From Felis catus (lineage: Eukaryota), in the NCBI RefSeq assembly GCF_018350175.1, contig NC_058368.1:4960001-5024000 (forward strand): a stretch of 64,000 bases of DNA, given 5' to 3'. Positions 11,066-22,240 of this stretch are shown here, one piece after another. The translations under genes and the position numbers were made by a program. The notes beneath the pieces are model-generated. The model was not told the DNA's origin and did no database searches. It saw only the letters and a program-made list of their open reading frames with translations. Positions within the stretch are counted from its first letter, which is position 1; every line of letters starts with the position of its first letter.

Positions 11066-11509
11066 GGAAACCGAGCGGGCTAAGCCGCTTTCGTCAGCCG
11101 TGCGCTCGCGCCAGGCCCCTGTCATCGGGTTCTGCATCAACCTGAGCCGCTCGAGCCGCCGCCGCCGCCGCCGCCGCGAGAGACGCACACATCAAAGACC
11201 CTCTCCCCTCCCGCCAGGGGCTTACATAACTCCCCAGCCCGCTTCGGATCCGGCGCGGCGCGTGTGTGCGGCGGGGGCAGGCGACGGGGCCCCGAGCCGG
11301 CTGCGCACCCGGGAGGCGTCATGGTGGCGCTCGGATCGCGGCCAATGTTGCCCGCCGCCCTCGCGGTCGTCCTCTAGAGATGCTCCTTCCGCAAGCCCGG
11401 TCGCGGATCACGGAACGCCCCCGACACGGACAAAGAAACGCGAAAATTCGACCCAGCAAAATGGTTCCTCCTCTCCGCGCCTGTCCCGGGCCTCATGAGT
11501 CTCTCTCTT

Positions 11510-11518
11510 TGTGTGTGC

Positions 11519-11568
<50 letters not shown>
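11510..11568. repeat. (GT)n microsatellite, pure (GT)23 at 11523-11568
   Basis: Directly visible. Confidence 0.98.
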
Positions 11569-11569
<1 letters not shown>

Positions 11570-12471
11570 TTGCCCCCAGCCTGTCGTGTCTGGCCCTACC
11601 GTTTGGGCCCCAGGCAGCAGCAGGCAGGCAGCGCGTCTGTTCGCCTCTGCGGCTCGCCCGCCGCTCAGCTCAGCACAAATCTGCAGGTGGAGGTGGAATC
11701 CTCGCTATTGCGGTTCTGATTCTGGCCGCAAAAACGCCAGCCCTCCGTCGAACACCAAGTAGCAACGCTCCTCAAGGAAAGTGCAACAGTTCTGCAGGGT
11801 GGACGTGGACTGGTCCTTAGGGACAGCCATAGATTTTTATCTCAGACCCCAGCTCCTGGGGCTCGGGCCACGGGAGCCACTGCCTGGCCCGCATTGGGCC
11901 ACGGCGGATGAGTGCAGAGTGGGACACCCTATTTGAGAATCTCAGGTCCACAGGTGGTCCTCGGAGGCCAGGGCCTGCCGCCTTCTTTTTCATTCCGCAG
12001 GACACGAGCTTTACTCCTGTACCCCCCACCCCGTCCCCTTCAACACCCCCAGGCCTTCCTGCAGCCCTCTCCCCCTTCCGGACGGGGAAGAGCCTGGCAG
12101 CATCCCTGAGGGCCCAAGAGTCTCTGCGGCTGCTCCAACCCACATGATCTGGGGAGAGGAAAACCTTGCCCCAGAGAACCGCCCAATCTGGGGACCTTTT
12201 CTTCAATCTGACTTGGAAGGTGACTGCTAATATTGTAACCTTCCCACCTAATTCCGTGATCCTGGCTGGGGGGTTATTAGCAATAAAAAAAGAAATGTGG
12301 AGAAGCATGTACACACACACACATAACATATACATTTAATATTATTTAAGAACGTGATAAATATGTAACAATACTTATATACCATTTATTTTATTCATAA
12401 ATATTATTTAGGAATATGCAATGTTTACATCAATGTGAATAGCCATGTTTCCCCTAATCATCTCGAGATTC

Positions 12472-12697
12472 ATTTTTGTTGTTTTTTGTTGTTGTTGCTG
12501 TTAGACAGGAGGGGTGGGGGGAGGGGAGCCCTCACACTCGCTGAGCAGGGGAGGGACACAGGGAGAAGGAGAGAGAGAGAGAATCCCCAGCAAGGCTCCA
12601 CACTCAGCGCGGAGGCCAGCTTGGGGCTCTGTCCCACAACCCCGGGATCACGACCTGAGCCGAAATCAAGAGTCCGACTGAGCCACCCAGGTGCCCC
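12472..12697 (-). mobile_element. Can-SINE (older subfamily)
   Basis: ...ACCTGAGCCGAAATCAAGAGTC..GAGCCACCCAGGTGCCCC. Confidence 0.9.
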
Positions 12698-14078
12698 TCG
12701 AGCATCCTTTTTTATGAGCTTTGCATTTTACCCCGAAACTCCATTCTCTATGGGTTGGAGCCGCAGTTTTACTACTGACGTGTTGGCCATTGCAGCTCCT
12801 GTAGCACGGAACACAGTTGGTTTGAATTTAGGCCTTGGGGTTGTTCGTTGCACCCTTGCCCTTTTCTACTGATTTCGATCAAGAACACTGTTTCGTAAAA
12901 TTTAAAGAGCAGGGAGTTTGGATTCAGGAGAGGTTTTCATTCTCGCGTTTGAATCCAACCGGGTCTCTGCAATTCTTGGCACCCGTCTCTCCTGGACAGG
13001 GTGTAACATTAAGACCCAGGTCTTTTGCCAGTTCTAACTGCCCACTTGCCATGAGGAATCAGGTTTCACATCACCGCAGGGAGGGAAGAGCTATGAAGTC
13101 TGTAAAGCGAAACGCAAGTGTTATTTCTCCACCAGCCTTTGGAAGGCGGTTGAAAACCTTTCTCAGTTCTTTTATACGCATCCTGAAATTGCTCTGACTG
13201 ATGGGTTACGACGACGTAACTGTCCGTCCACAAGCGTTCATGGCAGGAATCTGGGAAAAGTGAAGCACTCTCTACAAACTCTCCCCTGCTCTCTCCCCAA
13301 GCCTGGCGCTGGGAGAAAGTGGACTGCTTATCTACTGCAGAGCTCTGATCTCCCAGGACTCCAATCTGAGTTTCATTAGCATGACAATCCTTGGGTCCCC
13401 CTGGAAAAACGTGGCCAGGACTCTGGGATGAATATCATTCCCTTGGAGACACAGAGACTCCAACAAAAACAAAGGGACAAAGCAGTCTTCAGTCCTTGGC
13501 CCAGAGGCAGAAGAAGGCAACACACTCAGAACCATCCCAAGGCCTCCAGCAAAGGGAGCTTTAGAAGTCAAGATGTGAATGGGGGTCTTCAAATGTCCTC
13601 TAACCTAAGGTCCTGGTTACAGGGACTGTCAAAAAGGAGAGCGTGGCCAGCCTGCAAGGACCTTACCAGAAGAACCAGACACTCGGGGAGAGCACCCCTT
13701 CCCGGGACCCAAGAGCCAGCAAGGGAGGTGGATGGTTAAGAGTTCCAGGCAGCCTGCTGGGTGGCAGGTTTAAGCCAAAGGTCATGGTTATGAACCATGG
13801 CAGGGGTTGACGCCACCTTAAATCGCTCTTCACAGTCAAGAGGGGGGGAGCAAAACCTGCATCTGCACAAACTGGTGACTTTAGTCCCTGAAAGACAGAT
13901 CGTGACAGTGAAGATAAGTTTACCAGAAGCATCCCTGTAGGGGGTTATGTCTTCCTCTTTCATTCCTTCTCCCCAACTCCACCATTGTCCCCACCCCCAC
14001 GCTGCCACTTGAAAGAGCAAACAGAAAATTCAAGTAGAAAGAAGCTGAGGAGAAATGTTTCAGAAAAAAAGCTGTTCC

Positions 14079-14525
14079 GGGGGCGCCTGGGTGGCTCAGT
14101 CGGCTAAGCGTCCGACTCCGGCTCGGGTCATGACCCCGTGGCTCGGGATGGAGCCCCGCGCTGGGCTCTGTGCTGATGGCTCAGAGCCTGCTTGGGATTC
14201 TCCGTCTCCCTCGCTCTCTGCCCCTCCCCCGCTCGTGCTGTCTCTGTCTCAGGATGAATAAATAAACTTTAAAAAACATTTTAGAGGGTGACTCTGTGGC
14301 TTAGTCAGTTAAGCTTCTGACACGAGCTCAGGTCATGATCTCATGGTCCATGAGTTTAGAGCCCCTGTATGGGGCTCTGTGCTGACCGCTCAGATCGTGG
14401 ATCCTGCTTCCGATTCTGTGTCTCCCCCTCTCTCTGCCCCTCCTCCACTTGCGCTCTGTCTCTCTCTTTCTCAAAAATAAATAAACATTTAAAAATTGTT
14501 TTCATTAAAAAAAAGAAGAAGAAAG
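14079..14525 (+). mobile_element. Two tandem Can-SINEs (14079-14280 and ~14285-14525)
   Basis: Two SINE heads and bodies; outer TSD AAAAAAGCT(G/A)TTCC at ~14065-14078 and 14527-14540. Confidence 0.92.
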
Positions 14526-15919
14526 GAAAAAAGCTATTCCAGAATGATAGGATAGTTCACAAACGTAAACAGCAAGCTGCCTTTGCTGGAGACATGTGCG
14601 TGCTTTTCTGTTTTGGCACAAGGGAGTGTTTGTTATTCAGTCACGGCTTTTCTCTCTGGGTAGAGAGCGTCTTTGGAGGAAGACAATCAAAACAAGAGAC
14701 AAGATAAGAGAAACACAGGAGAAATCATTTGAAAGAGTACCATCATGATCATCATCAAATTCCTCTTCAGGGTGTCTTCTGACCAGCCTGGCTCCAGCCA
14801 TTGTCCTAAACTCATTGGGTGGAATTTTCTGAGGGGCATCACCCAGAACATTCTGCGGAAAAGGCCATGGTGCAGCCGCCGCCGTGGACCTCCCCTTGTC
14901 ACAGCATTCCCAATAAGGAGGCCACTGGCTTTACCTTACATTTGCCTAAGGTCTTTAAAGCAATAATGCTTAATCAATGTCATTTGGAAATGATGCTTGA
15001 ACTGCAACCAACACTTCCTGTCTCCAGACCACTCAGCCTGCTCTGGACCCAGCCCAGTTGGCAACACTGGCTTCCCCTTCCTGTCCATCTCTGCCCCCAA
15101 CCCCACCCCACCATAACTGTCCTCTAAGGCGAGCTGAGTGAAGACCCTCAAATATCTTTTTAAGAGGACCATCCAGAAGAGCCCCAGCTTTGCCAACTTT
15201 GACCCTCATCCAGCAGTTAACTGTCCGTGTAACCACAGCCTGTCCGCGCCCTCCAAGGGATGCCATGGGCAACCACAAGCTGAGAGAGACCACAGGTGAA
15301 GCGCCCAGTGGCCAGGGGAGAACTATGTGAATGCCCCTTGGCAGGGAGCTTGGCCCAGGGGCCCATGCTACTGGCATTTTTCTGTGCCCTCTTCCGTGGA
15401 ACACAAGGCTCTAGGTGATGGCTGGCAGAGAAGGACTAGAGAGCTCTAAGCACAGCGAGCCTGAGCTGGACCGGGGTTCTTATGTACTCTTGTGCATATT
15501 TTGATTGCTGATCTGGCCTGAGCACCAGCTTTCAGTGTGGGGTAATAGCTGCTCTGGGTCTATGCTTACTCAGAGGAGAAATTCATTTCTAATTAGTAAC
15601 ATGCAATGTGAAAAGCCCAGTCCAACTCGTAATTTTCCACATTAACCCTGGAACACAGCTGAGGCTGCTGAGGGGCAAGGGCTTATCTCAAGAGAACACA
15701 GAATCCCATGTTGGCTCTGGAATGACCGGAAAGCTCAGGGGGTAAGGTGTCTGGGTTCCACAGGTCACCACTCAGGTGTCACCCTGGCCCTGTGGGTTTG
15801 TACCCGGATCATAGAGCAAGGGGGTGTGAAGAAAAGACCAGATAAAAGCAAAATGAGCACCCATCTGTAATGTTGGTGGGTCTCAGGGGCACGGGCCGTG
15901 CGGAAGCTGGTATTTGGGT

Positions 15920-16470
15920 CATTCCTATGCCTCTCTCATAGCTTCTGCTTCTCACTGGCAATCATTGGCATCCCTTGGCTTCTGGACACATCATTCCAAA
16001 CCACCTCCATTTTATTCTTTTTAAAAAATGTTTATTTTTTTAATTTTTTAAAAATGTTTATTTGAGAGAGAGAGAGAGAGGGAGCAGGGGAGGGGCAGAG
16101 GGAGAGGGAGACACAGAATCCGAAGCAGGCTCCAGGCTCCGAGCTGTCAGCACCGAGCCCGACGCAGGGCTCGAACTCACGGACCGTGAGATCATGACCT
16201 GAGCCGAAGTCGGACGCTTAACCGACCGAGCCACCCACGTGCCCTGAAACCACCTCCATTTTCACGTGATGTTCTCCCCCAAGTGTCTGTGTCTCCTCTC
16301 TTCTTATAAGGACACCAGTCACACTGGAGTAAGGACCCCTCTCCAGCATCACCCCGTCATGTTATATCTCAGTCACAATTGCAAAGATCCTATTTCCACA
16401 TAAGGTCACATTCACAGGTACCGGGGTTAGGACCTCCGCACATCTTTGGAGCCACCATTCAACCCACAAT
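15920..16470 (-). mobile_element. MaLR LTR (MLT1B/C-like) interrupted by a SINE
   Basis: CTTCTTATAAGGACACCAGTCA...GCAAAGATCCTATTTCCACATAAGGTCACATTCACAGGTACCGGGGTTAGGAC...ATTCAACCCAC is typical of MLT1. Confidence 0.8.
16014..16246 (-). mobile_element. Can-SINE with perfect 16-bp TSD
   Basis: TSD AAACCACCTCCATTTT at 15998-16013 and 16247-16262. Confidence 0.96.
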
Positions 16471-19226
16471 AAGCACCACTGCCAGCAAGGGTGCCAGCAT
16501 GCACCTCACTATTACCCTTCAGCCCGGTCACCAGTGCCCTCGGCAAAGACAGTATGGTGGCTGGACTCTCTTCGACGGGTCCAAACTGGGTATGGGTCGC
16601 TCCAGCAAGTGTAGGCCCTTGGTAGATTTCAAGGTCACGGATGGCGCTCCTGGGGTCGCCAGCAATGAGGGGACGGTACCACTGGCAGCCGGAACAAACA
16701 GGAAAGAAAATGGCATGGTCCAAGAAGAGTAGATGTTGGCGCACGAGACGTGAGACCGCTGGCGTCTCTTGGCATCATCCGGGAGGTTAAGAGGGCTGCC
16801 CGAGTTCCCATGCGGTGGATGGGATAGACTAAGAGAAACACCGTGGCCACTGTTGTTCTCCAATTCCTGCGCATAAGCCAGGGTGGCCCGAGAAACCTGT
16901 TACCCCGTCACCGCGACTCAGCTCCTCCCCACAGTTCCCTTTTCTCCTGGGTCACTGTTTGGCCAGAGCCCCTCTTAGAAAATATTCTGTCTCAGATTGC
17001 AGAGTGGGGTGGGAGGCCCTCAAGCTGTCAGCACCAAGGTGGGCACGAGGAAGCCAAAACCAGGCAGAATGAGGCCAGACAACAGGGGCCCGTGTGGACG
17101 GGATGCCAGGGTGTGGGGCACGGGTGAATGCACATCAGGGAGCGGCCAGACTCAGCAGTGGGGATCGTCTGATCCTCGCGAGGGTGGAAACCACAGCCAG
17201 ACTCCAAGAGGAGGCCCACAGGTGTTAATGGAGGACGCAAGGCACAGGAATTCAAAAGCGAGAGCCCAGAGGGGCTGCAAGAAATGAATTAAAGCCCAAG
17301 CACCCGGCCCCTTGGGGGTAACTTTCGCTCGTCTTTAAGGAAATTCTACTGTGTGTCTGCTTTCTGACGCAAAGCAGCCTCACGCACAGGCTTGGCACGA
17401 CTCTTTCCGCAGGTCCACAGTGAGCATGAAGCAGCCCGTGCAGCTAAGGTAGGCCCCCCTGTCCAGGTTCCTCCTTCCCACCTGGTTTGCAGCCACATGA
17501 GCGAGGTGCTCTCTGCCAGGGCATCTCCTCATTGCCACCACGATGCCTTCGGGATCACCGGCTCCCTTTCTCGGCTGTTTCAACTTCAGTCCCACAAACA
17601 CCAAGCTCCCCTGCTTTCCCGGGCCACTCTGGTTCTGCCCCTGCCCCACATCATAACACCTGTTCCCCTGTCCCTGCCGTGATGGCGCAGGGGACATACA
17701 TAAGGGCTCCAGACAGACAGCAGCAGGGTCCTTTCTGGTCTCGGCTCCCAAGCCCCCCCGCGACACGGGGAGGCGTGTGTCACACCCACTCCTTTGTGGC
17801 AGGGCCCCCTTCTTAAAGACCCTGCCATTCCTTCTCTCCAACTTCTTTTCTCCCACTCCCCAAAGCTTGGGGGTCTTAAGTAGTCTGGGCCAGCAAAATA
17901 CACACGTGTTCTCTTAAGTTAATCGCTTAGGTTGGGACCTTGGCCCTTCCAGTTTAAATGACCCTGCCTCGTGCAAGTAAAAACCTTATACTGGAAGATA
18001 CTGCCATGGGCTTCAAAACTTCATTTTGCACTTCAAAAAGCGTCTTCACTTGTTTTCGTTTTCTGGTTTCTGCATCTCTGACGACCTATTCTCGTCCAAT
18101 TTCCCAGCCCTGTCCCATCCCAAACCTCCTACACACAACGCACAAACACTTGCTCTCTAGCGTAGTCTATATTCTGGCAAGTCTGAGCAAATTCCCGGAA
18201 CGTATCGTTGCCCATCGGCTTGGGACACACTGCAGCTATCACTCGGGGCACGGGAGCCCCACTTTCGCAGCTGATGTACCCCATGCGTTCCCCACGAAGT
18301 GGCCGGGACCCCGGTTTCTCTGTGTCTCTAGGAGGTGTAGCAGATTCCCACGATAGGCATTTTCTGCACTGCCTCAATCATCATGGTGGCCCAGGGCCCG
18401 CTTCCCATAAGTTGACTCGGACCTAGAGGGGCAGAAGATGCTGTTGACAGGGAGGAGGACTTCCCCCTGTGACAAGCAGAGCCCCCAGCCAGGGGCGCTG
18501 AGGCAGGTGAGGAGCTCTGTCATCTCAATCAGAGGCTGATGACTCACTTCCGGGGCCACGACCTCCCCATTGTGAGTTACACGGGGTGTGTGTGTGTGGG
18601 GGGGGGGTTACTTCTTGGAATTCTAAGCGTTACTTAGGATGGTCTTAGCTTCTGTACCGGGTCCCCCCAAATAATGACTCAACCCAACAAGTGTATGTCT
18701 TGCTCGGGTACCAGTTCGAAGTAGGTATTCAAGCCAATGGGGCAGGGGTCTCTTGCGCATGCTCAGTCAGGGTCTCGAGCCTCACATCTCCCCTGGGGTC
18801 TTGTGGCCGTCTGCTTCTAGCCAGTGGGAGGCAAAGAGACCCCGGGAGAAGCTTAGACTCAGGCACCGTGCCTATCCCTTCCTCTCGCGTTCAGAGGGTT
18901 CCGACCACATCTCGCTGCAAGAAAGGGTGGGAAATCTGGTCTCCCCACATTGTTATTACTATGGAAGGAGAGATTAGAGCGGCCAGCCAGCAGAAACTGC
19001 TGCCTACGGGCCCACTCTGCGGCCACGCTGGGGCAAGGAAGCCTTCCCCATCTCGCAGTGGGTTCACTTTCCTTCATGCTCCCTCCTCCTACAAGACGGC
19101 ACATTCGGTCTCCTGACCCTCCCCTCCAACCCCATTCCAACCTCTATCGCCCACTCCCAGCTCCCTTCGTTTCCTTTAGCCTTCTTCTGTGGAGAGAACA
19201 TTTTCTGGCTAAAGCAATTACATTTA

Positions 19227-19411
19227 GGGGCGCCCGGGGGGCTCAGTCGGTTAAGCGTCCGACTTCGGCTCAGGTCATGATCTCACCGTCCGTGAGTTTG
19301 AACCTCGCGTCAGGCTCTCTGTTGTCAGCGCAGAGCCCACTTTGCATCCTCTGTCTCCTTCTCTTTCTGCCCCTCCTCCCCTCAAAAGTAAACATTACAT
19401 TTTTTTTTTTT
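19227..19411 (+). mobile_element. Can-SINE
   Basis: SINE head and body; TSD AAAGCAA(T/A)TACA(T/A)TTAG. Confidence 0.93.
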
Positions 19412-21644
19412 AAAGCAAATACAATTAGCAAATGTTTGAAACGGACTTAAGTTAGTGCTGACTGTGGTTATTGCCACCTCTAGACTGCCTCCATTAGCAT
19501 TTGTTGAGTGTCTACTGTGTGCTGGGGACTGTCATGAATAATCTATGACACTGCCCTCGAGAGCAACCAGGAGACTCCCCAGTGTGAGCCTTAGTTCAAT
19601 GTGAAACTCTCCAGCCAACTGGCCTCACAGTACCTTTGTTTCCTCCCAGGTGCTAGGCCAGTATGATCAGCCCTCCACAGCTTAAGTGTTCTTTTTTCTT
19701 CCTTTGGAAAAAAAAAAAAAAATCTATGTTTTCCTCCATGATGGGTTAATCCCCAAATAGCCAGGCTTACTTCAGTCCCAGATCCTAACCGCCTACTGGG
19801 TTTTCTGCGTGGGCTTCAGTTTCAGTCCCTGATCCGGCTTCACGCAGCTTTCATTTATGTTTCATTTCCATCCACCACAACAAGGTTACTTTTTTCAAAA
19901 GAGAGAAATCTCAGCAGATGTATTCATTCTGAAATGTTTCCTGGGCACACACCAGTGAGCTCATTAGCCCAGGCTAACCATGAGGTTTACCCTCCCCCCT
20001 CCCTGCCTCTTTTCTTCTTCGTCGTCGTGGTCTTTTTTTTTTTTTTTTTAATTTTGCAGCAGAGAGCAAGATCATATGGTCCCCTAGCAGCTCCTTCCTG
20101 TATGTGCAGGGAGCAGGGACTGAAATCACCCTCAAGAAGGAGGGCTGTGCTCTCTAAACATGCATACTTCTGAGTATCTGCTTTTGTTTAGCGAAGACTG
20201 AAGCTCAAATGGGAAATTTCTAGGTCAGCTGTACTTTGCTCTAATAAAGGGAAAGTCTAGCCAAAAAGAACAGCAAAACTCCGGCCTCAGCTTTTTGGAG
20301 TGTCTTGTCTGATTACCCAATTATTATATTACAGCTCAGATTAGGAAGGGATTAGCCCCCGAGGTCGGACAGATGGAGAACACTATTAAAATACCCCATG
20401 TGGGGTTTCAGAGTGGGTAGCAAAGTGGCCACCTGTCCCTGTTTCTTGGGTCAGTCTGTCCTCATTTAGAGTCCCAAGATCGCTGTCTTTGATGCCAGTG
20501 TGGAGAGGCTGAATAGCACAGGAAGCAAGCTGCCCCCCCCCCCAACTTCTGCCCCTCCTCTTTCTCTTTCCTTATCTTGTGCCCTGCCCTAGAATGCCCT
20601 GGCAAGAAATGGTCAGCTGAATTGCAAGTGACTTTGGGGTTGTCATCTCTTAGGGCCCTTGGGAACAGGTCTGGGCCATTGTATTAGTTGATAACAGCCA
20701 GGAAGTTTTCCATCCCAGACCCCCTTTTCCTTTGTTAACTTCTGAATAGGCACCTCCTCGTTTCTCGAGCTTTTGTAATTCAGGGGCCACATTGGGCTGT
20801 TTCTTGAGCAGTGAAGGAAGGTCTGTCCTGTGTCTTTGTGCCTTTTCACCCCTGTGTTTGGGGAGATCGGGATGGTCTCTGTACCACCTTGCCGGGCAAG
20901 GAAGCCTAGTGGCTTGGGCTTCGGGTCCCAGGCTTGAATTCGCAGGCAGAAAGGTGCTCTAAGCGGTTCATTTAATAATTAATAAGCCACTTAGCTCTTC
21001 TGCTTCAAGTCTTTTATCTTACAGGAATGGCGATGCTGACCTCAGAAGAATGTGTTCAGAAACATTAATGGCTGATGAGAAAGCATTATGCCAAGTAAAA
21101 TATGTTGGTAATCTCGACACTGTAATGATCTAGCCAGATGAGTACATCTTCCTAATGAATATATCTAGCTCAGGTCAATTCAGGAAAAGCATACCGAACA
21201 CATAGAGCGGCTCCTTCCTCAAAGACTTGGCCCCAGCACGACAGAACATAGAATCTTAAAGTTGACAGGGTCATCGATACCCAAAGTCTACAGACAGCCA
21301 CCATTCATGATCGGAATTCTCCAGGAAAGTGGGTTTCACCACATCCAGAAGCAGCTTACCCCACGTTTGGACAATTCCATCACAGAGTTTTCTTGAAAAA
21401 AAATAGAGTTGAATTACTTTATGTCTTCACAGCTTCTCCCCCTTAGTCCTGCTACTACTCCAGTACTGACCAGCTCAGACAGGCCGGGTATTATTCCACA
21501 GGATTCTCACGCCTTATTTCATCCCCTCAATAATCACAGGGGGTTGGCTCTCCTGGTTAAGCAGAAAAGGAAACCGGGACAAAGAAGTAAAATGATTCGC
21601 TCAGATCTAATGGCTGGTAAACAGTGTGGCACCATAGTCTGCCA

Positions 21645-21852
21645 TTTTTTTTTTTTAATGTTTTTCATCGATTTTTTGAGAGAGAGCACAAGCAGGGGAG
21701 GGGCCGAGAGAGGGGGACAGAGGATCCAAAGCAGGCTCTGCGCAGACAGGATGACAGCAGTGAGCCCGATGCGGGGCTCCAACTCGGGAACTGCGAGATC
21801 ACGGCCTGGGCCAAGGCCGGACGCTCAATGGACTGAGCCACTCAGGCGCCCC
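21645..21852 (-). mobile_element. Can-SINE
   Basis: Reverse SINE ending CAGGCGCCCC. Confidence 0.92.
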
Positions 21853-21879
21853 CATCGACTACCTTCCTTATCACTCTTT

Positions 21880-22240
21880 CGGTCATCCGCTCTGAGACGT
21901 AGCGGCTTCAAACGACGACCATTTATTTGGTCAGAATTTTGCGGCTCAGATGCTTTGTCAGGGCTTGCGGTGCGATGGCGGCTAGCACTGGACCCCAAAA
22001 GCGAGCATTTCAATCAGCAAAGCTGAAAACTGCCTAACTGTTCAGGTCCAGCTGGAGAAGTTACATGCCACCACCTCCACCAAATTCTATTGGTCAAAAT
22101 AAGTCCCAGGGAAGCCCAGACTCAAGGGGAGGATGACTAAACTCGATGTCTTTGTTAAAGAGTGGCAAGATCATAGCGTGAAAAAACATGTGAGATGGGA
22201 GAGAGCATGGTGACCATCCGAGGAAACACCATCTACCAAA
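21880..22240 (-). mobile_element. MaLR LTR (MLT1H/I/J-like)
   Basis: ATTCTATTGGTCAAAATAAGTC...GCCCAGACTCAAGGGGAGG...AGTGGCAAGATCA...CATCTACCA. Confidence 0.65.

Larger units (their letters stand above)
8930..11490. promoter_or_regulatory. CpG island covering the AMER2 CDS and promoter
   Basis: Very high GC and dense CpG throughout. The promoter end has CCAAT (11342-11346), TCF/LEF ACATCAAAG (11189-11197) and GTTATGTAAG on the minus strand (11221-11230). Confidence 0.9.

Noticed and set aside
9792..11498. 568-aa plus-strand ORF and other overlapping ORFs antisense to AMER2
   Set aside because: Shadow ORFs of a very GC-rich CDS (stop-poor). The 568-aa ORF has a non-ATG start and low-complexity translation, with no recognisable domain.
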